From Crocosphaera subtropica ATCC 51142 (lineage in GTDB: Bacteria > Cyanobacteriota > Cyanobacteriia > Cyanobacteriales > Microcystaceae), in NCBI RefSeq assembly GCF_000017845.1, contig NC_010546.1, positions 2,790,001 to 2,822,000 of the forward strand: DNA of 32,000 nt, given 5' to 3'. A model generated the notes under the pieces. The model had not been told where the DNA came from and did no database searches. It saw only the letters and a list, made by a program, of their open reading frames with translations. The stretch's first letter is position 1, and every line of letters begins with the position of its first letter. Shown here in pieces: positions 7,430 to 16,557 of the stretch. The position numbers and the translations under genes were made by a program.

Positions 7430-9409
7430 ATGGAAGCATCCTTTGAACTCACCCTGCAAATTGTGATGGCTGTTCTTGCAGGCATCAGTGCGCAAGTCAT
7501 TGCTGAATTTTTTAAGGTTCCTAGCATTGTCTTTCTGCTTCTGTTTGGTATTATACTCGGAGCCGATGGCCTCAATTTCCTTCATCCCCATGACTTAGGA
7601 GTAGGCTTAGAGGTTTTAGTCGCCCTTTCTGTCGCTATTATTCTCTTTGAAGGAGGCTTGAACCTGGAATTACGGGACTTAGGACGAGTCTCAGGCAGTC
7701 TCCGCAATTTAGTCACCTTCGGAACCCTAATTACCCTAGTGGGAGGAGGGATGGCCGCCCATTGGTTAGCTGAGTTTCCTTGGTCTATTGCTTTTCTCTA
7801 CGCAGCCTTGGTTGTCGTTACAGGACCAACGGTCATTAGTCCCCTACTCAAACAAGTCGAAGTCGACCGCAAAGTAGCCACCCTACTCGAAAGCGAAGGG
7901 GTTCTCATCGACCCCGTGGGAGCCATTTTAGCGGTGGTGGTTCTGGATACCATTTTAAATAGTAGTGCCACCCCTGTGGAAATTTTTAGCGGTTTGCTAT
8001 TACGGTTTGCCATTGGTGCTATTATTGGGGGAATTAGTGGTGTATTACTGGGTTTTATTCTCAAAAACACCCCATTTCTTTCAGAGGATTTGAGAAACTT
8101 AGTAGTATTAGCTGGAGTTTGGGGGTTATTTGGGTTAGCTCAACTCAGCCGTAGTGAATCTGGGTTAATGGCGACGGTAGTAGCAGGGATTGTGTTGAGG
8201 GCTTCATCCATTCCTGATGAACGATTATTGAGGCGGTTTAAGGGACAACTCACGGTTCTCTGTGTCTCGGTGTTATTTATTCTCTTAGCTGCTGATCTCT
8301 CCATTGACAGTATTTTTGCTTTAGGATGGGGTAGCATTTTAACGGTTCTGGCCTTAATGTGGGTAGTACGACCCATTAGTGTTGCTTTTTGCACCATTAA
8401 TAGCGATCTAAATTGGCGACAAAAGTTCTTTTTAGGATGGATTGCTCCGAGGGGGATTGTTTCGGCTTCGGTTGCTTCTTTATTTGCCATTTTACTGACT
8501 CAAAAAGGAATTAATGGGGGTGACTCTATTAAAGCCTTAGTCTTCCTAACCATTATGATGACCGTGTTTATTCAAGGCTTATCCGCCCGTTGGGTAGCCA
8601 AAGGACTAAAAATTACAGCAGTCGAAGCGACAGGGGCTGTTATTGTGGGTTGTAACGCCTTGGGCCGACTGATGGGGCGATTATTTGAGCAGCGTGGGGA
8701 ATCAGTAGTATTAATTGATACAGACCCAGAAGCCTGTCAACAAGCTGAAGCCGAAGGCTTATCAGTGTTTCAAAGTAGCGCACTTGATCCCGATGTATTA
8801 GAAGAAGCAGGTATTGAGTCGATGGGGACTTTTATGGCTTTGACTAGCAATGGTCAAGTGAATTTAGTGTTAGCCCAACGAGCTACAGAAGAATTTAAAC
8901 CCCCCAGAGTCTTTGCTATTTTTCCCAGTAACGCCCCTCAAGATAATAGTGCCAATAAAAGCAATAAAAGCAATAACACGAAAATTAGCCCTGCTTTTGT
9001 GGATCAACAGTTGATCAAAATGTGGAATCAATACTTAACAGAAGGGCAATTTAAGTTAGGGATTACAGATTTTCGAGAACCCGGCCTTTCTTTTAAACAA
9101 GCCCATTTTCAAGCATTAATTCGGGAAGGAGAGGTACTACCCCTTCTAATTAAACGCAAGGGTAGTTTACAAGTGGTTCAAGCAACTCAAAATTGGCAAG
9201 AAGGGGATGAAGTGACCTATCTTTTTCATGATCCTCGTCCGAAACTCCTCAAACGTCTCTCCGGAGGGAGTCAAATCTCTAAAGAATTGACTGCCGAACG
9301 GTTACCAGAAGTAGAAGAGGTTCCTCTAGCTGAGCCGGTGGAAAATTCTCTCTCTGAGCCTCCTATAGATACCCTTGATAATCCTCGAAAGTCAGAAGCA
9401 AAAAGCTAA
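7430..9409 (+). CDS. CPA1-family Na+(K+)/H+ antiporter fused to C-terminal RCK (TrkA-N/TrkA-C) domains
   Basis: The ORF track starts at TTG 7409; ATG 7430 (MEASFEL...) is the likelier start. About 11-12 TM segments are present (LFEGGLNL, VVTGPTVISPLL, ESEGVLIDPVGAIL, GWIAPRGIVSASVA). A soluble VIVGCNALGRLMGRLFEQRGESVVLIDTD Rossmann-like domain follows. Confidence 0.85.
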   Translation: MEASFELTLQIVMAVLAGISAQVIAEFFKVPSIVFLLLFGIILGADGLNFLHPHDLGVGLEVLVALSVAIILFEGGLNLELRDLGRVSGSLRNLVTFGTLITLVGGGMAAHWLAEFPWSIAFLYAALVVVTGPTVISPLLKQVEVDRKVATLLESEGVLIDPVGAILAVVVLDTILNSSATPVEIFSGLLLRFAIGAIIGGISGVLLGFILKNTPFLSEDLRNLVVLAGVWGLFGLAQLSRSESGLMATVVAGIVLRASSIPDERLLRRFKGQLTVLCVSVLFILLAADLSIDSIFALGWGSILTVLALMWVVRPISVAFCTINSDLNWRQKFFLGWIAPRGIVSASVASLFAILLTQKGINGGDSIKALVFLTIMMTVFIQGLSARWVAKGLKITAVEATGAVIVGCNALGRLMGRLFEQRGESVVLIDTDPEACQQAEAEGLSVFQSSALDPDVLEEAGIESMGTFMALTSNGQVNLVLAQRATEEFKPPRVFAIFPSNAPQDNSANKSNKSNNTKISPAFVDQQLIKMWNQYLTEGQFKLGITDFREPGLSFKQAHFQALIREGEVLPLLIKRKGSLQVVQATQNWQEGDEVTYLFHDPRPKLLKRLSGGSQISKELTAERLPEVEEVPLAEPVENSLSEPPIDTLDNPRKSEAKS

Positions 9410-9458
9410 AGGACTGATCGTAAAACCCTTACCTGTTCCCTTTCCTCACAGTTAGTTG

Positions 9459-10115
9459 TCAATCTGTCTGACTACTGATAAAGGTTTGGATAATTTCTTG
9501 ATAGCAAACAAGGGAAAAGTAAAGGGAAAAATTAATCACACCTAGTAACTTAGGTATCCCTTCAATTAATAAAGACTTCAGAGGAAAATACTGATAGAAA
9601 CTATCTATCAAAACGGCTAAAATTATCAATAACAATGAAATAATAATAATACCATAAGGAGTTGATCTCAAATTTTTCCAAAATAATAGTAAGTATAATA
9701 ATGCAATTACACCGTAAACTTTGATGGTTGTTGATTTAGGAATATCAAAAAATTGTAAGATAATATGAATACGATAAATTTCATTAACAAAAAATCCAGC
9801 AGTTAAAATAGTAGAACCCAACAAGAAAAAATTATTAGTATTGTTGGGATTAATGCGTCTAAGAATAACAAAACTAAATCCACACAGCACTGGAGGAATA
9901 GAACATAATATTTCAAAGGTATGAGTTAATAACCCTGCTGTTGGATAAGGAGGGGTTACGGGAGGAATAAATAAACCTTCTACTGATGGTTCAAATTTTT
10001 GAGCATAGATGATTACCAAAATGAGTAACAGTAAACTCACGCTATTGCAAATAATAAATATAGAGGGAATTTTTTTTAGTAAATTCAATATTCGATTTTT
10101 TACTCTTGTCAACAA
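9459..10115 (-). CDS. Hypothetical polytopic membrane protein
   Basis: 218-aa ORF, very AT-rich, with about 6 hydrophobic segments. Only a TTG start is available at 10113-10115, so the true start is uncertain. Confidence 0.5.
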   Translation of the reverse strand: MLTRVKNRILNLLKKIPSIFIICNSVSLLLLILVIIYAQKFEPSVEGLFIPPVTPPYPTAGLLTHTFEILCSIPPVLCGFSFVILRRINPNNTNNFFLLGSTILTAGFFVNEIYRIHIILQFFDIPKSTTIKVYGVIALLYLLLFWKNLRSTPYGIIIISLLLIILAVLIDSFYQYFPLKSLLIEGIPKLLGVINFSLYFSLVCYQEIIQTFISSQTD

Positions 10116-10163
10116 ACCCTATTTCCTCCATAATAGATAATGGCATAATTTAAGAGATAAAAG

Positions 10164-10448
10164 ATGGCAATAGCAATTTGGAATGGTGTTATTCTAGCGG
10201 AAAGTAATCAATGCGAAATGGTAGAAGGAAATTACTATTTTCCTCCTGATTCCATTAATAAACAGTATTTTAAAGAAAGTGATACCCATACTACTTGTTT
10301 CTGGAAAGGACAAGCCAGTTACTATACCATTGAAGTCAATGGACAGGAAAATAAAGACGCTGCTTGGTATTATCCTACCCCCAAAGAGAAAGCGCAAAAT
10401 ATTAAAGATTATGTTGCTTTCTGGAAGGGAGTTCAAATTGAAAAATAG
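10164..10448 (+). CDS. DUF427 domain protein
   Basis: 94 aa. The pattern A.WNGVILAES...VEGNYYFPPDS...TTCFWKGQASYY...DAAWYYP.P....I..YVAFWKGV is typical of DUF427. Confidence 0.75.
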   Translation: MAIAIWNGVILAESNQCEMVEGNYYFPPDSINKQYFKESDTHTTCFWKGQASYYTIEVNGQENKDAAWYYPTPKEKAQNIKDYVAFWKGVQIEK

Positions 10449-10526
10449 AGTCAGTTTCTCTCATGAATAAACAAGTAAGTTGGTTGGATAAAACTTAAAA
10501 AATATCCAACTTTTTTAATCATATAA

Positions 10527-11069
10527 TCAAATATTAATAGCTGTCCAAATTATCCAGGTATCCATTAATAATAAAAATAGAGTACATACTAATAAAATTA
10601 AATACATCCAAGGTTGAGACAGGGGACGAATATCAGTGGTATCAATCCCTGTTTTTTCAGTAACAACATTAACTAAATAAGAAAATCCGGCAATACGCAT
10701 GGGAAGTAAATAAGCTTGCTCCGAATTTTCACTAATGAAATAATAAACTAAACCCCCTTGTCCTGTGGTTCGTAATTTTAAGTCCTTAATATCTGACCAA
10801 TTTAATGACCATCCTTTGCGAAAAAAAGACGAAAACCAAACAGGATAAACGACTTTAATTTGAGTTTCATTAACAATAACACGCTCACTTAATGCGCCAA
10901 TTAAAACAAATAAACCTAAAACAATTCCGATCCATAATACCCAAGAAGGAACAGAAGCATTGGTTACCTTAGCGAGAAAGGGTAAAGGAACAGTCAAAGC
11001 AATATATAAACTTATTAAAGTAATGCGAATTAAAGGGGAAATACGAAAAGTAGAACGGTCTAAACTCAT
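10527..11069 (-). CDS. Hypothetical membrane protein (2 N-terminal TM + soluble insert + C-terminal TM)
   Basis: 180-aa ORF with ATG at 11067-11069. Hydrophobic segments are at the N- and C-termini. No motif recognised. Confidence 0.55.
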   Translation of the reverse strand: MSLDRSTFRISPLIRITLISLYIALTVPLPFLAKVTNASVPSWVLWIGIVLGLFVLIGALSERVIVNETQIKVVYPVWFSSFFRKGWSLNWSDIKDLKLRTTGQGGLVYYFISENSEQAYLLPMRIAGFSYLVNVVTEKTGIDTTDIRPLSQPWMYLILLVCTLFLLLMDTWIIWTAINI

Positions 11070-11191
11070 AACGTTTCAATTCTTAATAGGTAACAAAAAT
11101 TTTTGCAACAGTTTCTTATAGTGTATACGGATTGTAGATAATTTATGTTATACCAGAATTAAGACAAATGAATATATGGAGGGGATAATCT

Positions 11192-11407
11192 ATGTTTTTA
11201 CAACATAAACCAAGTGGAGATGTTATTGAAGTCCTCAATGTTGATCATCTTTACGATCCCTGCGAAACTAAGATTGTGGGTAGATATCATTGTGGAGAAG
11301 AAATGCAAGATCCAGAACCTTTTATGAAATCAGAATTAACCTTTCCCTCTGGTGAATCTCTTCCCCGTTGTTGGGTTGAACCTAATTATCGTTTAGAAGC
11401 TGCTTAA
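11192..11407 (+). CDS. Small conserved hypothetical protein (71 aa)
   Basis: ATG with GGAGG about 9 nt upstream. Clean ORF followed by a strong terminator. Cys/Pro pattern DPCE...YHCGEE...LPRCW. Confidence 0.55.
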   Translation: MFLQHKPSGDVIEVLNVDHLYDPCETKIVGRYHCGEEMQDPEPFMKSELTFPSGESLPRCWVEPNYRLEAA

Positions 11408-11451
11408 TAAACCCAGTTGTCAAAATTAGTTTAATCAGACATTCGCAGTGG

Positions 11452-11480
11452 ACAGGAGTTCAAATTTTGAACTCCTGTCT
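11452..11480. terminator. Terminator hairpin between convergent genes
   Basis: Perfect 29-nt palindrome GACAGGAGTTCAAA-T-TTTGAACTCCTGTC followed by TTGTTTTATTTT on the plus strand. It lies 5 nt from the stop of the minus-strand TPR gene. Confidence 0.75.
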
Positions 11481-11484
11481 TGTT

Positions 11485-12297
11485 TTATTTTAGGTTAAGA
11501 AACTTATCTAAAGCGGCAACCATTTGCGGTGGCCAACGACGAATATTTTTCACCCAGTTGAGGTCTTGATAACGGTTATCCATACCAACCGCAGCCACCC
11601 AATGACTTTCTGCTTCCCCTTGTTGTCCCATATTCCATAAAACGGCTGTTAACGCTGCCCTCATATCGGGAAACATTGGGTATTTACGCACTAAATTACG
11701 CATTTCTGTGATGGCTTCTCCCTGGTTTCCTATTTGATAGTAAACCAGGGCTGCATTAGCACGGGCAAAGGCAAAATTAGGGGCAATTTCTACCGCTTTT
11801 TGATAATCGGTTAACGCTTTGTCCCAGTCCCCTTGACCACTTTCGGCATTACCCCGATTATTATAAGCCATTGCATCATTAGGATTGAGTTCTAAGACCC
11901 GATTATAATCTGCGATCGCTGCTTCATAGTTTCCCTGGCCTTCTAATGCCGTTCCTCGATTAAGATAGGGATCGGGAGCATCTGGGGCTAATTTAATGGC
12001 TTCATTAAAATCTGCGATCGCTGCTTCTAGTTTATTTTGACTCACACGGGCATTCCCTCGGTTACTCCACACTGCTGGGTTACTGGGAAATGCTTCAACT
12101 AACTCAGTCCAATAGGCTTCCGCTTGGCCAAAATCTCCATTTTCTGTGGCTTCTATGGCTTTTTGTGCGATCGCTTCCCCTTGTTGTACTTTTTCTTCTA
12201 TAATAGTGGGATTCTCTTGAGTTTGTGCTAATCCTATGGGAGTGACTCCAGCCCATAAGACTAAGATAATCAGTACACTTAAAATACAGCGAATCAT
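11485..12297 (-). CDS. Secreted/lumenal tetratricopeptide-repeat (TPR) protein
   Basis: Signal-peptide-like N-terminus MIRCILSVLIILVLWAGVTPIGLAQT. At least five 34-aa repeats with the W..G......Y..A...Y..A....P pattern follow (for example YLNRGTALEGQGNYEAAIADYNRVLELNPND). Confidence 0.8.
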   Translation of the reverse strand: MIRCILSVLIILVLWAGVTPIGLAQTQENPTIIEEKVQQGEAIAQKAIEATENGDFGQAEAYWTELVEAFPSNPAVWSNRGNARVSQNKLEAAIADFNEAIKLAPDAPDPYLNRGTALEGQGNYEAAIADYNRVLELNPNDAMAYNNRGNAESGQGDWDKALTDYQKAVEIAPNFAFARANAALVYYQIGNQGEAITEMRNLVRKYPMFPDMRAALTAVLWNMGQQGEAESHWVAAVGMDNRYQDLNWVKNIRRWPPQMVAALDKFLNLK

Positions 12298-12380
12298 TAC
12301 AGTCTTTATTCCTAGTATCTTTTACTTAATTATTACCTTAATTTTTAATTTTAACGATATTTCTCCTATGACTTCTCTTC

Positions 12381-12920
12381 CTAACCACACACTTCGGGGG
12401 GTTGCCATCCTAAACTCAAAATTAAATCATCACTATTTCTATCTCTCTCTCGGTCGTCATAAAACCCTGATTGTTGATGTAAATTGCGGGTATTAGCAGA
12501 CTGTTTTTCTCGATCTTTGCCCAAAAAAGCAATTTTTACCACACAACCTCCGTTAGTTGACCAATTTTCATAATCATAGGTTGAATTATAAGGGGTTAAA
12601 GTTGTATTGCTTTTCACAAAACAATCTATTCCTGCTGGTACGGTATCACGGTTTACGTCTTCGGGAAAATATCCTTTTTCAAATCTAAATGCTTCTAATT
12701 CCCGTTTAATACAACCCATCTGAAGTTTAGCTTCTCCATAATGAAATTTATCAATAGTGGCAATATAAGCTGGTGTAGCAATAGCAGATAAAATTCCGAC
12801 AATTATCCCTGAAATCAACAATTCTAGTAACGTAAATCCTTGATCGGACTTTTTTTCTTTCTGATGGCTAATAGGTACTTTCAACAAATAAATAGAAGCT
12901 AAAATTTTGAAAAAAAGCAT
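12381..12920 (-). CDS. Type IV pilin-like / pseudopilin protein with prepilin N-methylation motif
   Basis: G|FTLLELLISGIIVGILSAIATPAY is the class III signal peptide plus hydrophobic helix. Four Cys residues lie in the globular part. The leader before Gly is unusually long (27 aa) if the annotated ATG is used. Confidence 0.7.
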   Translation of the reverse strand: MLFFKILASIYLLKVPISHQKEKKSDQGFTLLELLISGIIVGILSAIATPAYIATIDKFHYGEAKLQMGCIKRELEAFRFEKGYFPEDVNRDTVPAGIDCFVKSNTTLTPYNSTYDYENWSTNGGCVVKIAFLGKDREKQSANTRNLHQQSGFYDDRERDRNSDDLILSLGWQPPEVCG

Positions 12921-13171
12921 AACAATATGAACCTCATAAGATAAGGTTTTTTCTAATGAATTTCTTTTAATTAATAAAAAAATAAAAAGCGGTTTTATCT
13001 CAGATCACAAGTTTGTTGTCTCTGAGTTAACAATACTGGATTATCAATAGAATACCCATAGTTGATCCAAATCATATCATCCTAGTGATTTGAATTTTCA
13101 ATTGGAGACTTATTTCAAGGATTAGGGAATACTACTAAAAAGTACGAAATTAGATACATTGATTCAGTTCT

Positions 13172-14449
13172 ATGGAATGGAAAAAATGGGAGCATACATC
13201 CTTCAAGTTAAAAGATTGTCTTCCCTCTTATTCAGGTATCTATATCGTTGCAGATAAAGATGATCATATTTGGTATGTCGGACAAGCTAAGGATATACAA
13301 TCAAGATGGCAAGGTCAAAGTCATCATCGATATTCTCAACTGAAACGATCCAATAAAAAATATAATTACACTATCTATTATCATCCTTTTCCTATTGAAC
13401 AACTAGACGAGAAATAACGTTACTATATTAACACCCTCAAACCCGAACTCAATAATAGTAAAGTCAAACAATATCTTCCGAAAGTTCCTACGCTTGAAGA
13501 AGAAATTAAACGTATTCTTAAAGTATTAAATAAACCCAATAGTCTCTATCCAACCATTAGATCCCTGATTTTAGGTCAGTATCAAGATCAAGATAATATC
13601 ACTCATATTTTGTGTCTTATTAATCCTAATGATTATGACATCTTACAAAATTCTGCAACTAAGAAACACGGAGGTTTAGTTAGAAATGCTTGGTCTGGAC
13701 TGTATCAACATTCTAATCGTATCATTGTTTGGATAGATACCCCTATTTATACAATGTCTGGATATCAGTTTGAGTTTTATAGTGGGTTAGAAGTTATCAA
13801 TTATTTAGAAAAACACAGTGATCAACGAAATTATTATCTTCAAAGAGGATCTATTTTAGACGTTGATGTTTTAATGATCAAAGACCTAAAAATTCTGACT
13901 TTATCTAACTTACCTATAGAAGAAAAATTAAAAGAGAAATTACCTTTATTAGAAAACACCATGAATACAAACAACCAACAACAATCAAATAACCAATCTC
14001 AAGAATTAATGACACCCTCTTTACCTAAAAAGATGACACGCTGGTTAGTACATATAGAAGAGGTTGAAGTAGAAATCTGTAAAGATGAAAATAAAAAGTA
14101 TTATGTTCGTCATAATTTATTTTGGTATATGATTAATGAGAGAAAGAATCCAGATCCTATTCATAACAATATAAGAAATAACCTTCAAAGATGGGTTAAT
14201 AACGAATTATCTACCATTTGGTGGTCAGGATATAGTTTTAAATTTGAAGAACTTGAATTTTAAGATGGACTTATTACTGAAGCTGTTTTATTACCTTTAA
14301 AAATGTTTGAGGATTTTATTAATTATCATTATCACAAAATAGCACAAACATATTCTTCTAAACCTCCAACATCTTTTGATCGTAGTTATAACATATATCA
14401 ACTCGGTAAATGGCTTCAAAATAATAGCTTAGAACAATTTAAAAAGTGA
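13172..14449 (+). pseudogene. GIY-YIG nuclease-domain gene interrupted by two in-frame TAA codons (13415-13417 and 14261-14263)
   Basis: ORFs 13172-13417 and 13610-14263 are in the same frame. I translated 13418-13609 and 14264-14449 by hand and found no other stops. The N-terminus GIYIVADKDDHIWYVGQAKDIQSRW closely resembles I-TevI GIYQIK..VYVGSAKDFEKRW. The sequence after the first TAA continues RYYINTLKPELNN, the E..I....P..N part of the domain. Confidence 0.65.
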
Positions 14450-14529
14450 TCCAACCTCTTGATTCTTGTAGAGAATTAATATTATTCACTGGTGTCAGCT
14501 TAACAGTGAATCGTTATTTCTTGATTGTC

Positions 14530-14590
14530 ATTGCGAGGGGGTTAATCACTACTATAGCTTGATTTGTTGTCATTATCCCCCCGAAGCAAT
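14530..14590. repeat. Small dispersed-repeat-like element with interrupted inverted repeat
   Basis: ATTGC-GA-GGGGG (14530-14541) pairs with CCCCC-GAA-GCAAT (14578-14590). A CTTGATT..GTCATT direct repeat is present at 14519 and 14558. The (T)CATTGCGAG...CGAAGCAATC ends resemble a repeat family common in cyanobacteria. Confidence 0.4.
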
Positions 14591-14605
14591 CTATAAAACA
14601 CCAAA

Positions 14606-14645
14606 CTGACAACTGATGACTGATCACTGATAACTGAGAACTGAC
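14606..14645. repeat. STRR-like tandem heptamer repeat (5.7 units)
   Basis: CTGACAA CTGATGA CTGATCA CTGATAA CTGAGAA CTGAC read directly. Confidence 0.7.
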
Positions 14646-14860
14646 GTTGAAATATTTAAGAAACTTGTTAAGATATTAAGAAATGTTAATGCTATACTCA
14701 TCAGCATGATCTAGAGCCTTATCGCTTTAGTCCCCTAAGAAACGACGTTTAAGGGGCTAGGGTCATAACGCCACTGGATTTTTTCTAAACATTGATCTAC
14801 AAAACTCAATGAAGTTTTGTAAATTCCTCAGTTTTTTCAATCATTTTACCTCTTGTCATC

Positions 14861-15394
14861 ATGAATACATCAATACTTAGTTTAGTCTTCAAACCCAATG
14901 TAAAGCCTAGCATTGCGTCCCAAACCGCTTGGGCAATTTTTCGGGTGGTTGTCGGTTTAATGATGATCCATAATGGACTGGATAAATTAGGCAATATCGA
15001 AAGCTTTGCAGAAGCTTATGTATCTTATATTGGGCTACCTTTTCCCATTTTCTTTAGTTATGTAGCTGCTTTTACTGAATTAATCGGTGCGCCTTTAGTT
15101 GCCATTGGTTTATTCACTCGTCCGGCTGCTTTAGGGTTATTTTCAACCATGCTTGTGGCGATGTACCATCATATTTTAGTTGCAGGGTTTAGTATTCCTT
15201 ATCTCGAACTCTCTGCTATCTATGCAGCTTGTTTTCTCTTCTTTTTAGTTAATGGTGCCGGTTTATTTTCCACCGATGCTTTAATCTTGAACTGGTTAGA
15301 TAGTCAAGCTTTCAACGAAAAAGCTAAGCAACTCATGTTGTTAGAAAAATCTTATCAAGTTTCTCCCAATAAGAAAGAAAAACAAATGCGATAG
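14861..15394 (+). CDS. DoxX-family membrane protein
   Basis: 177 aa with 4 TM segments. FRVVVGLMMIHNGLDKL and ELIGAPLVAIGLFTRPAALG are typical of DoxX. Confidence 0.75.
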   Translation: MNTSILSLVFKPNVKPSIASQTAWAIFRVVVGLMMIHNGLDKLGNIESFAEAYVSYIGLPFPIFFSYVAAFTELIGAPLVAIGLFTRPAALGLFSTMLVAMYHHILVAGFSIPYLELSAIYAACFLFFLVNGAGLFSTDALILNWLDSQAFNEKAKQLMLLEKSYQVSPNKKEKQMR

Positions 15395-15417
15395 GTTTTC
15401 ATACTTATTATGAGCTT

Positions 15418-15446
15418 AAAAGTCCGTTTTAAGGCGGACTTTTTTT
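15418..15446 (+). terminator. Rho-independent terminator after the DoxX gene
   Basis: AAAAGTCCG (15418-15426) pairs with CGGACTTTT (15435-15443) around an 8-nt loop and runs into a T6 tract. Confidence 0.7.
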
Positions 15447-15580
15447 ACCTAATTTGTGTAACCAAACCTCTAAAATCAACCCGATTTCTTTACTTTTTTT
15501 CCCTACAGTAGAAAGAAAGGAAAGATGCAATATTAATGCACCTAAATTCCTTGAAGTCTTGAAAAAGGAAGACAGTAAAG

Positions 15581-16396
15581 GTGAAAGTATTAGGAAAAAC
15601 TGCCCTCGTTACCGGAGCATCTCGTGGAATTGGTCGTGCGATCGCCCTCGAATTAGCTCAACAAGGGATTAAACGCTTATTATTAGTGGCTCGCAACCGA
15701 GTTAATTTAACGGCGGTTGCTGAAGAAATTCAAGCCACAGAAGCTAAGATAGAAGTGATTATTCTTCCCTTAGATATTAGAAACTCTGTTAGTGTCACCA
15801 CTGCTATCGCTCAAGCGTGGCGAGATTACGGCCCCATTGATATTTTGGTTAACTGTGCAGGAGTAGCGCATCAAAGCTCTTTCCTTTATTCTAAATTATC
15901 CCAAGTCGAAGACGAACTTTCCGTTAATTTGATGGGGACTTATCATATTACAAGAGTGGTGGCACGACGCATGGCCGCTCAAAAACAAGGAACCATCATC
16001 AATGTTTCTAGTTTAATGGGTAAAATTGCTGCCCCTACTATGGCTACCTATTCCGCTACAAAATTCGCCCTTTTGGGCTTTACCCAAGCGTTACGAAGCG
16101 AATTAGCTCCCTATAATATTCGAGTTATCGCTTTGCTACCTTCTTTAACGGATACAGATATGGTGCAAGGTTTAGAGTGGTTTCGCTTCATGAAACCGGT
16201 TGTTCCGAAAAAAGTGGCTCAAGCTTTAGTAATAGGGTTACAAAAAGATATGTCAGAAATTGTCGTTGGATGGCAAAGCCATTTAGCCTTATGGTGTCAA
16301 CGGTTAATACCTTGGTTGATGCAACAAATTACAGCGATGGCTGCCCCTTTGTCTCAAAAATCTCACTCAACTCAACGAGTTGCAAAGATAAGCTAA
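15581..16396 (+). CDS. Short-chain dehydrogenase/reductase (classical SDR)
   Basis: GTG start. Cofactor motif TALVTGASRGIGRAIA, then NCAG, and the catalytic S...YSATKFAL (YxxxK). Confidence 0.85.
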   Translation: MKVLGKTALVTGASRGIGRAIALELAQQGIKRLLLVARNRVNLTAVAEEIQATEAKIEVIILPLDIRNSVSVTTAIAQAWRDYGPIDILVNCAGVAHQSSFLYSKLSQVEDELSVNLMGTYHITRVVARRMAAQKQGTIINVSSLMGKIAAPTMATYSATKFALLGFTQALRSELAPYNIRVIALLPSLTDTDMVQGLEWFRFMKPVVPKKVAQALVIGLQKDMSEIVVGWQSHLALWCQRLIPWLMQQITAMAAPLSQKSHSTQRVAKIS

Positions 16397-16545
16397 TGTC
16401 TTTTCTATTATTAATAAAATTGCGAAACCTGGTAGGGTGGGCATTGCCCACCTTACTAATGTCTTTTCTATTATTATTTTGGGGAATAAAATTTTAAGAC
16501 CTCGTAAGCCGATGCACTCCCCACCTTACGATAATGTCTCTTACC
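16393..16545. repeat. MITE-like repeat cluster with the GGTGGGCATTGCCCACC palindrome
   Basis: The 21-nt direct repeat CTAATGTCTTTTCTATTATTA at 16393-16413 and 16456-16476 flanks a 17-nt perfect palindrome at 16436-16452. A third degenerate copy CCCACCTTACGATAATGTCTCTTAC is at about 16519-16543. It lies between convergent genes. Confidence 0.6.
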
Positions 16546-16557
16546 TGTTGCCTTGAA

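Noticed and set aside
16177-16497. 106-aa plus-strand ORF running out of the SDR gene into the repeat cluster. Similar cases are 12236-12496 and 15454-15672.
   Set aside because: It is out of frame with the real SDR gene. Its tail (..VGWALPTLLMSFLLL..) is just the translation of the palindromic and direct repeats. The others overlap better-supported genes or intergenic repeats.
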